Source of the DNA: Amoebidium appalachense
Taxonomy: Eukaryota > Protista > Ichthyosporea
Direction: 5' to 3'
NCBI GenBank assembly: GCA_963693365.1
Contig: CAVNZM010000018.1
Span: 553,861-617,860 of the forward strand
DNA length: 64,000 nucleotides
Shown here piece by piece: positions 1-33,860 of the stretch (within the stretch, counting starts at the first letter, position 1; each line of letters opens with the position of its first letter). The notes under the pieces were generated by a model. The model made no database searches. It worked only from the letters and a program-made list of their open reading frames with translations, and was not told the DNA's origin. Made by a program: the position numbers and the translations under genes.

Positions 1-14499
<14,499 letters not shown>

Positions 14500-14862
14500 T
14501 TGGCTAATAGTCATGTAGTTTCAACATATATGGCTAAACCGCATAGTGCTGTAAAGGCAGTGAGTGGTGGAAACTACTAGTGATACACATGCAAGACAGA
14601 ACCGAATGGGTTGTGCAATGATTTGGTGATTTGGTTTGTCTGTTTTGTCTGTTGGCTTGTTTGTTTGCTTGTTTGGTTGGTTCTAGGGTCACGTGTATCT
14701 TTTCTTTTTGCCCTTTTTTTTTGTTGGTGGTGGTGGGTGGTGGGGGGGGGGGGGGGGGGGTCACTCGGTATGAATGTGGGTGGAAGGCATCGTTCCCTTT
14801 TGTGTCTTTTGAGTTCTTTAAGCAAAATGTTAGGTTGTGTGCGAATGTGAAGCAAGATTGCA

Positions 14863-14901
<39 letters not shown>

Positions 14902-15339
14902 CAAGTCCACCAATAAATGTGGTTTCTTTGGTTTTTATAGGTGTTGATTTAGTTTTTTTTGGTTCTTTCGTTGTTCTTTTCTTTTAATGTGTTTGCGGGT
15001 GGGGGATGCAAAAGAACGCTGACAGAAACAAGTGAGCCTTTTCTTGCGTCGAGAGTATGTAAATGTTAGCCATGCATGTGCACACACACACCTAGACATA
15101 TGTACCTACACACATACTCAAACAAGTACGCGTACAGGTACACGTAGACATTTACCATGGGTGTAAACATAGAAATCCATGCACCCGCGGGTAACCTGTG
15201 AGCAAGTGTTTTTTTTTGAACAACCCAGAAATGTTGTACCTTGTTCCCCTTCACTTATACTTATCTGAGGGTTTTGGGGTTTGAAGCAGAGACTTGCTAA
15301 ATATTATAGAGCCCGTGGGTGGGGATGGGGGTGTAAGAT

Positions 15340-15372
<33 letters not shown>

Positions 15373-15671
15373 AGTGACACTTCGTGTTTGGCAAGTAGTA
15401 ATATGTGAATTAGATTCAAAAGGAGTAGTTACGGTTCATGTGAGGGCCCCATCTTTAACCTCCGTGGAGAATAAAGTGCCACTATTGTGATTATGTCTTT
15501 GCATACGTACATGTGAATTTACATGTGTCACATACACATGGCACACGCGTCTACACGCATGTGTGTCCTATTTATGCCTCAAGGGTTGCTGCCTGAGTCG
15601 TGTTTTCAGGCTTTGCTCATCGAATTTCCCCCCTTGTCGCACAAACACAGACAACATCGCCGCCACCAGGT

Positions 15672-15708
<37 letters not shown>

Positions 15709-15985
15709 AGGGGGGGGACCGATATGGCAATAAGCAAACCCAACGACCCAAGCACATTAACCTTTCATACCGGCAAATTTCCGATCCCTAGATAGTCGCT
15801 TCAGAGACACAGAAACAGATACAAAAGTATACGAATAAAGGGCTATTTAAGGGGCCCCTTATTAAACCAACCACACCAGTCCTTCTCATATCTCCCCCTG
15901 TTTCTCATTGTCCCACACACGTACAGCCTGGTTCCGGTCTCTATTACCTCGTTTTTTTACCACACATGTACACTATCCATAATAT

Positions 15986-16018
<33 letters not shown>

Positions 16019-16129
16019 ACCACCACCACCACCAAAGCGGGTTCACATATCAGAATCTCAGAAACCCGTCACGGACCTCCTCCTCCCCCGCCCCCTTCCC
16101 CTCCTCCCCCCTACCCCCCCCCCCGGCCC

Positions 16130-16161
<32 letters not shown>

Positions 16162-16616
16162 ACACACACACACATGTACACACCGTGACACTAATCGTGC
16201 AAGGGCTTCAATTAATCGATATCATGAACAGAGCACCTAAAGACGGGAAGTGGCATGCATAAATTCTGCTACTATGTAATAACCGCCTCAAGTTCGACCC
16301 TCCCCGCATGCAACTATCTAGATCTCCGTTAACAAATTCCTTCTTGTGACGTGACTGACCAAGCAACCATTTCCATGAATTATGGCAGTATTTTTATAGT
16401 ACCACGTGCCTTGATATATCCACGCGCACATGCTTATACTGCAACCACTATGCAACGCGACCACACCTGCCAGTTCATCACCTGCTTCTGTAAAACTTCA
16501 ATTATTTTCATCTTCGCTTCCTCAGAGTCGTGACAGTCGACGTCCGCCTCCCACCATCTACATGTGTCGGCATCCAAGAACCTCGTCCCTCAGCCATCGG
16601 GTGCGGTGATGATGGT

Positions 16617-16697
<81 letters not shown>

Positions 16698-16848
16698 GGG
16701 AATCAGGAACAGGGCCCTCCGCCAAGGCCTCCTATCTCTCCGGGCCTGGAAACTGAAGGGTTCGAATCGGAATGCAAAAAATGGAACAGGCTGGGTTGCA
16801 TCAATTTGAAGCCCCGGCTTCCTATTGAAGTTGTATGTCGAACGTTAA

Positions 16849-16886
16849 CAAGGCCTCCTAAATGGTGTGCTATTTAGGAGGCCTTG
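16849..16886. repeat. Perfect 15-bp inverted repeat (hairpin) with an 8-nt spacer, intergenic
   Basis: CAAGGCCTCCTAAAT (16849-16863) / ATTTAGGAGGCCTTG (16872-16886). A 12-bp copy of the arm lies at 16723-16734. Confidence 0.85.
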
Positions 16887-17723
16887 ATGTCGAAATACGC
16901 TTGTAAGTTCTCCGCGGAGGCTCGTTGACTCGCCAGAAGAAACATGGTTAACCCATCATAAATAATTATATTACACACACAAACACCCATAAATACATGC
17001 ATAAATACATATGAATGTTTCGTCTGTGGAGCTTATGTGGTCACGTGTGCCAACCAGGGTTGCAGTGGTGTGGGTGGTGGTGAGTGGGTGTGGCGCTAGG
17101 GGAGGGGGGGGGGAGGGGGGAAAGGGGGGAACACTGGAACACATACACACACGCACACACACATACAAACACCCATATACACGCTCTCACTCTCGCACTG
17201 AACAAAGAACTGAGGGAGAGAAAGAGCACCCTAACACACAACTTCAGACTCCGGCGCGGCCGGCACAGTGGACACACAACCACACCGTAACACACCCAGA
17301 CATGAATAGTCACACACGCACGCACACACACACACACACAAAAGGTCTAAAAAATATACGCACACCCCCACACCCGCCGCACACCTACACACCAACACAC
17401 CCACCCAGCCACCCACCCAGCCACCCACCCACACACTCGAGAGCTCTCTCTCCCTCCCTCTACTCTCACTCTCTCTCTCTCGATCCCTCCCTCCCTCTCC
17501 CACCCTCTCTCTTTCTAAGCATAATAAGCCTTGTTTGAAGTGTATGCACTCTTTATTATTAGAAAGGAGTTGGTAGGTGGGCAGGAAAAAGGTCGGGAGG
17601 GAGCAGGGACTAGTACTGTGGGTGGGGTGTTTTGGGGGGGGGGGGGGGGGGGGGGGAAGGGGGGGGGAGGGGGGGGGGGGGGGGCACAACAACCTCTAGT
17701 GATGGATGGAGCGGTGGACACCG

Positions 17724-17763
17724 TAAAGTTCATCGCAGCGCGTGCACACCGTCAGTACGTGTG
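17724..17763 (+). repeat. 40-bp direct repeat, copy 1
   Basis: TAAAGTTCATCGCAGCGCGTGCACACCGTCAGTACGTGTG, identical to 26230-26269. Confidence 0.85.
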
Positions 17764-18787
17764 AGAATGATAGCGTTTCCTCTTCTTATTCAGTTCAAAC
17801 ATAGCAAGAAACCCTTTAACTGCAAGGCAAGACCGTAGGGCATACTAACCGAAATAACAACAACATTCATGCAGTAAAAGCTTACGGTACATATTGAATA
17901 CAAACTTTCATACATATATCCTATGGCTTTTGCTACTACTGGCCGCTCACAGTGGCCGCAAGGCGAGCTCGAGTGCCAGCTCCTCCTCCTCAACTACCTC
18001 ATATGTAGCCTACAATCTTGAATCTGCCTATGTTCTGTAGCTAGCCAGGTCGAGCTTCCTGAGTTGCTGCAATATCAGAAAGAAATAAGAGTGGTTCAAA
18101 GCTGATCGTGTTTGTAGGTGAGGTTCGAGTCCTACTGCTTGTGTCGTTAATGGCAGCCTTTTCCTTCTCTTATTTCTCGTGAGCACATGTCAGTGGTTTG
18201 GTTTTTTCTCGCTCTAGCTGGCGTGTATGCTACCACACTGGGTTTCTCGATTTTCGCAGTACCCATGCAGGCTGCAACCTCGCTTAGCATTTGCTACATT
18301 AGATGTCAAACTCGTGCTAGGCCCTTCCGGATTCTGAAAGGCGATCCGCCTCACCCCCCTTCCCCCTCCCCCCCTCCCCCCCCCCCCCCCCTCCCCCCCC
18401 CCCCCCCCCCTCCCCCTGGCCCCCCCTCCACTGCATCTCTCTTCCTCTCTTGCCCCCATACTTTCTCTCCCTTTCTAACTCACTGCTCTCGTCCAGTGTC
18501 ACACTCACACATACATAAACTCTCACGCTGTCCCCGCTTCCTCAAGCCTGTCCCTCCCGGGGGCTCCCTCCGTCCGTCCCCGGCCTTTCCTCTCTCCCCC
18601 TTCCCCCCCCCCCCCCCCCCCCCCCCCCCTTCCCCCCTGCCCTCCGCCCCCCGTCCCTCAAACCTATCATGGAATATATACTCCCTCCTGTTCCCCTTTT
18701 CTTTCTTTCTTCCTTCAGGCTCTGTGTCTGTCGATGCAGAAACCCACTTACAAAGAACTTCCTATACATATGTCGAAACAACCCCCT

Positions 18788-18818
<31 letters not shown>

Positions 18819-18897
18819 GCCCCCCTCTAAAGCTTCCCCTGCCTCTCTCCCTCGGCCTATATTCTCGCTCTGTCCCCCCATTCCTCCCTCCGGACCA

Positions 18898-19059
<162 letters not shown>

Positions 19060-19396
19060 CTCTCTCTCTATAGCTATATCTCTCTCTCCCCTCTCGCTCT
19101 GACCCCCTCCCTCCCTCCCTCCCTTCTTCTAACTCTCCCCCTCCCTCCCTCCCGAGCCCGGCTGTCCCCCTCTCTCTTCTCTCTTCTCCGCTTTCTGTCT
19201 CTCTATCTCCCTCCTATGCCTCCCCCCCCCCCCCCCCCCCCCCGTGTTTGTTGACGCACGCAACCCCCAAACAAAGAAGCTCATCTCGAAGTTGCCTTCC
19301 CACCACCCCCCTCTCCCCCTGCCTCCCTCCCTCCCTCCCCCCTCCCTTCTCCTCACACACGCACACTCTCGCGGACAGTCTCTCTCTCTGTCTCTT

Positions 19397-19432
<36 letters not shown>

Positions 19433-20164
19433 CCCCCCCCCCCCCCCCTCTCTCTCCCTCTGTCTCTCTCGCTCTCGCCCCCCCCATCCCTCCCCCCTCC
19501 CCCTCCCCCCCTCCCCTCCCTCCCCTCCGGATCCGCCGCTTTATTTGGCACAGACGGCCCAGTGTATACACTTCTGTGCTTCAGTGTTGCTGTTGTTTTG
19601 AACTGGCGCATAAGTCTTCAGCTGGGCCACATGAAGGGGCTTGGGTTCCACCCTGAAGTTTCGCAGGGATCAGTGTTCACATTGTTTGGTATATTATTTT
19701 CAAAGGCCGCTTTAGAGGTGCGTGTTTACCTTAGTTACAACATATAATGATGTAAGTTCAGAGTCTTCACACGGAGACGGGCCCAAGTAAGAAATTCGCA
19801 CACACGTTCAGAATCAAGCTGGCTGTCTTCCCTTTCAGTGTGCCTCATCTACGGTCGGGTGTGTACAAAATTATTTATTTTGCGCCTATTTTTTTTTTTG
19901 TGTTCTCTAAAACAAGCACGCGTAGGCCGAGTAGTAGTAAAGTAAAAGCTTTCAAGTACTAGTGAGTGACCCGGCACTGCTCGTATTCAGGCATGTTTAC
20001 GCGTACGTACGGCTTCGGTATGTAATTACTGATCTTCGCTCACGCTGGAGCATTCTAATCTCATTCTAATCATTGTAATCTTGAAAGTGGCTCACGAGTG
20101 ACGTTCAGGACCAAGGCCGTGTGTTCAGAGGGCCGGGATCAGAAAGCTTAAATTGGGCAACGTA

Positions 20165-20195
<31 letters not shown>

Positions 20196-20570
20196 AAAAA
20201 AAAGAAAGAAAACGAAAAAAAAACGAACGAACAATGCCTCTCTCCCTGCCCCCCCCGCCTATCCGATGTGCTCATTTTGCTTGCCATAAGTAAACACACG
20301 AAGTGCTCCTTAGCATGTGGATTCCGAAACGGACGGCAGGAAAAGCGGCACAGAGTGGGTCACTGGCGGATATTGTATTTTTGAACTGGGTTTTACAGTA
20401 CATATCTGTGCCATCTGTGCCCTGCTTGATACCAAGGCGGTGGCACTTGTGGGGAAATATTGGTGGCGATGCCTTCCAGAGGCAGTATTTTGATATCTGG
20501 TTCCGCGTGTGAGTCTCACTATATGAAGTGCGCAAAACATCCCCTTTAAAAGGCTACATGTGTGTTACAG

Positions 20571-20606
<36 letters not shown>

Positions 20607-20854
20607 CTGTGCGTGCGGGGGCACGCGTGTGTGTACACATGTTTGTATATACCGAGCGTAAGGTGCTCATGCGAGGTATGTTTTGCAGAGGAACAAACCC
20701 ATGATAAATAACCAACACATCCTACATAATCAATCCAGGCGCATCAACACCTCAATTTCCATACAGTAAAAGCCAAGCAAGTGCAAAACAACAAAACCAC
20801 CTTTCTTATTGTACCTACTCATCAAACAAAACAAACACACCCACCACACCCCAT

Positions 20855-21334
20855 CTAAAGTGCGTTGTGGTCAGGTGTCGCCGGGCGCTCAGGCTCATCG
20901 TCCTCATCATCCAAATATTCTTTTCTGTGTGCACCCACACCACTACGCAGAGCCTGTGCACGTTTTTCCACCTCAGGATCCTTAGGCTTAGGGGTTGAGT
21001 CCAACTCAGATGTGTTGCTGTGGTTGTCTCTATCGTCAGCACCTACATAGTGAGAAGACGTGGCGTTTTCGGGGGGTGTGAAGAGGGTACATGGACGTGT
21101 GGGGCTTCTTGGATCCGTTTCCGATCGCAGATTCGGAGAAATCGCCTGAGAAGTTGTGGTCGCGGACGGCGTATTGGCGTGCGGCGCGGCGGCGTTTTAC
21201 GAAAAAGTAAACGACGATTCCGGTAAAAAGGAGAATTCCGGCAATGGCACAGACAATGCCGATGATGGCGCCCGTGTCGGAGCTCTCGGGTTCCTGTGGA
21301 TGGGACGGTGGGTGATGGGTGAGTATGGAATCGA

Positions 21335-21379
<45 letters not shown>

Positions 21380-21399
21380 GTGTGTACGCGCGCGCGCGC

Positions 21400-21442
<43 letters not shown>

Positions 21443-21894
21443 CGCTTGTGCTGTGACCCTATGAAGGCCAGACTTACTACACCTGGATATAGTGTTTTGT
21501 AGGGTGTTGGGGGGAGGTTAACGGGAAAGTGCAAGTGTGCGAGCCAATCAATTCGATGACCTAACGGATTAGCTGATCCTAACATATTAGGTACTACAAA
21601 CAATATTTGCCGACTGGGTGCTGCACAAAATTCCTCCTCATTTGCAGCCTCCCCCCTCCCCCCTCCCCCCCCCCACACACACACACAGGACGGCGGTGAT
21701 GGTGGTGGTGGTGGTGGTGTTGTTTGGGGGGAATTTATCGATGTGAAAAAACAAGACAACATGAACATAGGGCACGACGAAGACACTGGGGAGGGGCGCA
21801 GTGGTGACCTAGACGGGTTTAGCGGTTAGGGGAAGAGGGAGAGATGGGGGGGACGAGCAGCAGGAGGGGGATGAGGAGGACGGGGGTGATGTGT

Positions 21895-21945
<51 letters not shown>

Positions 21946-23284
21946 GGGGGGGGGGGGGGGGGGGGGGAGCGGGTCCTTTAACATTTAAATATCTCGAGGG
22001 GAGAAAGAAAGCAACATACCGCCACAGGAGTGGGAGCAGCCGAGGTCTCAGGCTTGGGAGGCTCCGGTGTAGGCTCAGCCACCTTACACTCCCCCTCGTA
22101 TGCAAGCTTTACCCCAATCTCCTGCGCACACGCCTCATACTTCAGCGTGCACGCATTCTTGTACGTGTTTCCATCCGACCCACACACGGGGTAATTGGTG
22201 TCGTCATTAGTGCAATTGGTACCGCATCTCTGCTCCAGGGTTCGACAAACGGGACAGCAGGGGTCGATCTCCGGGACGAGAATCATGCGGGAGGTACCGA
22301 CGCAGGTGGGGGACTTGGTCTTGCAGACGGTTTTGCTGAAGCATACCTTCTCGGCTTTTCCACCTGGTCGGAATGTTTGGAATGTCAGGGAGCGGTGTTT
22401 GGAATGTTAAAGGAATATTTTTGGATGTGCGAGAATGAGTGGGAGCTTACAGAGAGAGTGGGGTTAGAATGAAAGCGAGTGGTGTGGTGTTGAAGATGTT
22501 AGACGGGGTTTTAAAAATGTAGGAGATCTAGAGGACATACAAAGGAAAACAGAAAACATGGCAAGACAGGAAACAGACGAGGTATGTAGCAGGAGATGTG
22601 GAGTTGGTGAAAAGTGAGGAGGAGGAGGAGAAGGGGCGGGTGTGTGTGTGTGTGTGTGTGGGGGGGGGGGGGGGGAAGGTTTGTTGTGTTGTGAAGTAGA
22701 ATTGCACGGCATAGATGTAAGGACATTTAAGGACAAAGGGTTCATTTTGAAATTTCACTATGTAACTGATCACATTTCATATGTAGGATTATCGGGCCCC
22801 ACTGAGTATCGGGAGTTAGGGAGTATGGGGGATTACGATCTGCCGTTATGCACATGCATGGTTCATCCCCGCACTCAATTTGATTGGTGTGGACATAACG
22901 GACCAATAGTCTTATATACCATATATGGTATGTAAGGAAATTTATTTTTGGACATTTATTCGTTAAAAGCTCAGAGATATAAACACAAAACAGAAGCAAA
23001 CCGATTTTGCAGGCAGAAGGCGATTAGACAGGGGGGGGGGGGGGGGAGGATGTAGGCGTTAGAGAGTTGGAATATGGAGGAGGCACCAGAGGACAACAGG
23101 CAGAAGACACTTGAACAGAGCTCATCATCAGGGGGATTCCTATACCTCCACAAAAGCATGGGTTTCGGCTTTTTAACCTCCCGCACGTGGGGAGAAGGGG
23201 GGGGTGGGTTGGCATACTACACCGTGGGTGCCCACTTTCAACACCGTGACCAGTTTTTTTGCAGCATACATAAAGTGCATATCA

Positions 23285-23318
<34 letters not shown>

Positions 23319-23658
23319 TGGAGTGGTGGGAAAACGACCAGAAATATTTGGAGGAAGACTCACGGATATTAAACATGACACAATCACATAGGCACACACG
23401 GAACTCAAACTACACTGTATTCGTCGATGTGATGTAAACAAGCTATGACCTCTAGTACAGAGCATTCTACTATGATGCAAATAATCGCCTCAAACCAAAG
23501 CAGTTGAACACAGAGAAAAATGAGCAAAGTGAAGAAACAAAGCTTGAAGGGCAGAAGGGAGACGTAATCTACCTGAAGGCAGGAGAGGTCGAAGGGAGGT
23601 GGGGTGTGTGTGTGTGTGTTTGTTTTATTAAACAGGAAAAACTAACGAACAGAATCCT

Positions 23659-23690
<32 letters not shown>

Positions 23691-24083
23691 TGAATGCTGA
23701 ACACGGTACGAAGTACGCATACACGACGAGAAGCATGGTGCAGGACACATGCAAAGGCAAACATTCAAGTATGCAACATCAGCCATGTGCACAGTATGCA
23801 TCATAAGCAGAGCCCATCCTCAGGGAGGGCCCAAGTCATCAATTGCGTCTGAGTTTCGACCCCTTAGCCCGCGTATATACGACACTCTAACTCAGACAGC
23901 AGCATCAACTGAACTTGGGCGGGTCAACCCGTCTTGATCAACGACGAGCAGGGTTGCTTATGCAAGCAAGGTGAGCAAAACGGTGAAGATGTGTGTGCAA
24001 ACTAATGCAGTGCAGCGAAAAATGCGTATGTGCTTACAGATACACGACACAGAGCAACCATGCCCGGTTGCATGAAAGTAAAG

Positions 24084-24144
<61 letters not shown>

Positions 24145-24519
24145 AAAAGAAAATAAGAACTAAACATGCAAGAGTGGAGTGCCTCGCAACCTGTTGGGGG
24201 AAAAAAGTGGGAGGTGCGTGGGAGGGAGAGGGGGGGGGGGGGAAGGTTTAACCCTGGGATAGAGCCCAGACAAACTACCAGTGAATGAGAGGTTGTGGGT
24301 AAATCAATGTTTTCAGATTCGCTTTTCAACCCTATGCAAGTAAAACTAATTCTGGTTCGGCGGGCGGGTAGCTGGGTGAAGGAGGGCAACACTTACGCCA
24401 GACCACGAGAAAAACACCTCCCAGAAAAATACACCAGCGCGCAGGCAAATATACGTACACAAAAAAGCTTCCCTGTGTGCGCACACACGCACGCACGCAC
24501 GCACGCACGCACGCGCAAG

Positions 24520-24553
<34 letters not shown>

Positions 24554-24565
24554 CACACAAAAACA

Positions 24566-24606
<41 letters not shown>

Positions 24607-25378
24607 ACACGTACCGACATCAGTGCACATGCACGTCTGGCACTTGCCGTCGTCCCATCTTTCACTGATGCCGTAGACAGACCCATCAGAACCCGTGCAG
24701 TGGGGCTGAAGTGTAGGACGAAAATATAAGTAACGAAAGTACATGTGCAAAAAAAAACACAAGTCGCACTACATGACACGCAAAGCTAAGCTAAAGCAAA
24801 AATCGAGCTCTATTCCGCATGCAGCAAGTTAAAGTCTCAAGGCTGTCAGAAAGGGCACAATTTATTTTTAAGCCTCGTGCTTCTTCGCTTGATTACTTGT
24901 TACAACGCCATACCCTCACATTTGTGTTTTTCCTTGCTCGTGGCCTCCGGTGGTGCGTTTGGAAGGTGAGCACTCCTAAGAGTACAATAAGGGCACCTTC
25001 TAAAGCTGTACTTCTCGTTAAGCCCCATAAACGCGTGAGAACAAGGAAGGACAAGCTTGGAGTTACTAGACTGACGTTTTTGAAGCTGCCATTCAGCTCT
25101 TTCTTACCGTCGTGGACTATGCCATGTGCATCAGTGTCACACATCCGGCCCATGCATGCAACACAGCTATTACGCAAACAATGACAACCGATACTGACGG
25201 AGAGGTATCATTAATCAAACATAACAAAGCCTAAAAACGGGAGGAAGAAAAAAAGTGCCTCTTTTTTTCCTCTTCCTGAAACCAACCACACAAACTATCA
25301 ACATACCGTTGTTGTTCCCTGGTTGACAGCGGATGCTGCAGCCACCGCACCGGCCGCGAGCAAAAAAACGTGCTTCAT
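20855..25378 (-). CDS. Type I membrane protein: signal peptide, VWC domain, Kazal domain, Pro/Thr stalk, TM helix, cytoplasmic tail
   Basis: Exons 25378-25307 (MKHVFLLAAGAVAAASAVNQGTTT), 24705-24615 (PHCTGSDGSVYGISERWDDGKCQTCMCTDVG), 22363-22020 (GKAEKVC..C..C..EIDPCCPVC completes the VWC; CGTNC..PVCGSDGNTYKNACTLKYEAC..LAYEGEC is the Kazal), a probable short exon from 21808 (VTTAPLPS, donor uncertain), and 21293 onward (GAIIGIVCAIAGILLFTGIVVYFFV-KRRR). As assembled the frame stops at about 21036. Removing one base from the G6 run at 21071-21076 extends it to TAG at 20855. Confidence 0.82.
23049..23190 (-). mobile_element. Short interspersed repeat, subfamily B copy
   Basis: Minus strand reads CCACGTGCGGGAGGTTAAAAAGCCGAAACCCATGCTTTTGTGGAGGTATAGGAATCCCCCTGATGATGAGCTCTGTTCAAG...CTCTAACGCCTACATC + poly(C). 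Homologous to 30711-30975. Confidence 0.8.
23689..24034 (-). mobile_element. Short interspersed repeat, subfamily A, long (about 345 bp) copy followed by poly(C)
   Basis: Nearly identical to 39737-40080 in reverse complement, with only about a dozen differences seen by eye. Confidence 0.9.
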
Positions 25379-26229
25379 GGTGCGCAGAGTACGATTAATA
25401 TTACTTGTTATATAAGGCGAGAAAACCGTCGTATGTCGTATGTTATTATGACTTAGTTTCGCAGGAAAAAAAACAGTGGGTGTAACAGTAAACAAACAGG
25501 AAACTTTTCCCTTTGCGTGTGTTGCCAGCGTGTGCTCACGGTTTTTACTTGTATTCTTGACTTTTCTATGAAGAATCAGTGCCATATGATTGGCTGGATT
25601 TAACGTAGTATGCACTTGGCATGCAAATTACATACCATCTGTGGGAGTATCCCCGGCGCATTGGTTCAGGATCATGCAGGAATGTGGTCATGCAGGAACG
25701 TCGATGGGCTTACTGTGACGTCACAGCGCCGGGCCAATCCGGGTGTGTAAATTCTATAGCTAAGTGAGTTTGTTCAGTCAGGGGCATTTTGGCAAGTTCC
25801 CGACTGGCAATACATACACAGCGGACACCGACACGGTCTCATGAACAGGTTTCGGCATAAGAAATGTGACCATTAGCGGAATAGCAATTGGTAATTTTTA
25901 TTTTTATTTTTTTTTAAAAAAAAAACGGGAACTTTTCGTCATTTTCAGGTCCATTTTTGACATGGCCCTCCGAAGGGTAGTTTCACACCCTGCACAATTC
26001 AGGCTGCAGCTGCAGCCTGCCACAATATGTACGTATACCGTTCTGGGCCATCCGTCATCCGTTGGCCTGGCAACGGGGACATATGCTGCCACCTACTGAG
26101 ATGGCTCCTTATTTTTCCTTACACATTCAGCGAACACTGGACTCTATCGGACCGTCGAGGCGCCGCGACAGAAAGCATGCACGCGGTCGCGAGAGTGTAA
26201 GGAAAAATCCCCTGCAGCGAACGTAATTA

Positions 26230-26269
26230 TAAAGTTCATCGCAGCGCGTGCACACCGTCAGTACGTGTG
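26230..26269 (+). repeat. 40-bp direct repeat, copy 2
   Basis: Identical to 17724-17763. Confidence 0.85.
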
Positions 26270-26423
26270 TGGGACATACGTGCATACACACATACATGCA
26301 CGTGCGTATTTTGATATGTTGGCCATGATTGACTCCATGCACCTGTATGCTAAAATTTAACGGTGCACCCTAGAGAGGAGGAAGGGATGGAGGGAAGGAA
26401 GGGAAGGAAGGGAAGGGAGGCTA

Positions 26424-26459
<36 letters not shown>

Positions 26460-26900
26460 GAGAGAGAGAGAGCCTCGGGGAGGGGGGGAGAAAGAGAGAG
26501 AGACAGAGAGAGAGAGAGAAATAGTGTCTGTGTTTGGAGGGCTGGGGGGGGGGGGGGGGGGGGGGGGGAGAGTGTTCGATATGTGAGATATAGGAAATGG
26601 AGTCTAAGAGAGCCGAAAAGCACGAGAGAGAACTGGTGTGTCTGCAGGCACAGGGTGCATACTGTGTGAGTGCAGAAAAAGGAGCTTGCGCATGTGTGCG
26701 TCAGAGTGCATGCACACACAAAATACTACGTTATCCATACGTGCAACACCATGTGCGCCTGTGTCCCTGTGTGTGTGTGTCCGTGTGCTCGTGCGTGCCT
26801 AGTACAAGATCATAACAAGGTGGTTGTGCCACTTCTTTTTTTTTTCTGAGTGTGTATGCCTGTGTGAGTGTGCATGTTTGTGCATGTTTTTTTATTTATT

Positions 26901-26931
<31 letters not shown>

Positions 26932-26990
26932 GGGGGCACTTAAAAACTCCTATCTTACCAACACTAAGACCACATTTAAAGTTTAAATCA

Positions 26991-26996
26991 TTTATT
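26991..26996 (-). terminator. Putative AATAAA polyadenylation signal of the beta5 gene
   Basis: TTTATT on the + strand, within 10 nt downstream of the beta5 stop codon. Confidence 0.4.
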
Positions 26997-27003
26997 TGAT
27001 TGG

Positions 27004-32989
<5,986 letters not shown>

Positions 32990-33071
32990 CTTCGACTGTT
33001 CATGCAAGAAGATAGGAGAAGGGGAGGAGGAGGAGGAGGCAGGGGGTGAGGGGGGGGGGGGGACGGGGGAA

Positions 33072-33103
<32 letters not shown>

Positions 33104-33860
33104 GGGGAAAAGGAGGGAACGGGGTGAGTGGTGGGGGAGTAAACCGGAATAGTTGGTGTTCCAAAGCATGTAGTGTGTCGGAGAGAAGGGAGGGATTGTG
33201 AAGGAAAGGAGGAATGTAGACTTCAACAACAATAAAGTAGGGAAGGGATGGGGAGGCAGTAAGATGGGGAGGCAACACGTGCTGATTGTTCATACACAAC
33301 CCCATGAAGTAAATGAGCAGCCACATGTTTCTGTTTTGGATTGTATGACTCCGCCAAATCACCTACAGAAAATGGAAGGTGGTAAAGACAGATGGTGGGA
33401 AAGGGAGGGCAGGGTGGCTGGTGGTGGTGGTGGTGGGGGGGGGGGGGGGGGAGGGGGAGAGGCAGGCGGGAAGAAAGGAAGCCCCGAGGGGGGGGAGGGG
33501 GGGGGGGGGGGGAGGAGGGAGAGGAGGGAGGGGGGAGAGGGGAAGAGAAAAAACGGGGTTGAAAGAGGGTACACCATATTGAAAAAGTTCCAATGGGGTA
33601 AGAGCTGTATAGTGGCAGCAAGGTGGAAGGGTAGGGTAGAGAGGGAGAGAGTGTGTAAAGTCGGGAGGGAGCGCTGGGAACTTGACATGAAAACCAGCGG
33701 CGAAGGCTACCAAAGAAAAAAGTATTATGCACCGGTGCAAATGATAAACAACTATACCCAATACCTCTGATCCCACATAACAAATTAAAAGGCTTGCTTG
33801 CACAGGCAAAAAAAAAGAAAGGAGGAAAGGTTGGGAGAGAGAAGAGGTGTGAGAGCATAC

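Noticed and set aside
18085-18140. tRNA-like segment (GAGTGGTTCAAAG...GGTTCGAGTCC)
   Set aside because: It has a B-box-like motif, but I could not form acceptor or anticodon stems. At most a decayed tRNA-derived fragment; tRNAscan-SE would settle it.
24459-24472. Possible 14-nt micro-exon (GKLFC) in the VWC gene
   Set aside because: Exons 24705-24615 and 22363-22020 already join in frame with correct VWC Cys spacing, and including it would shift the frame.
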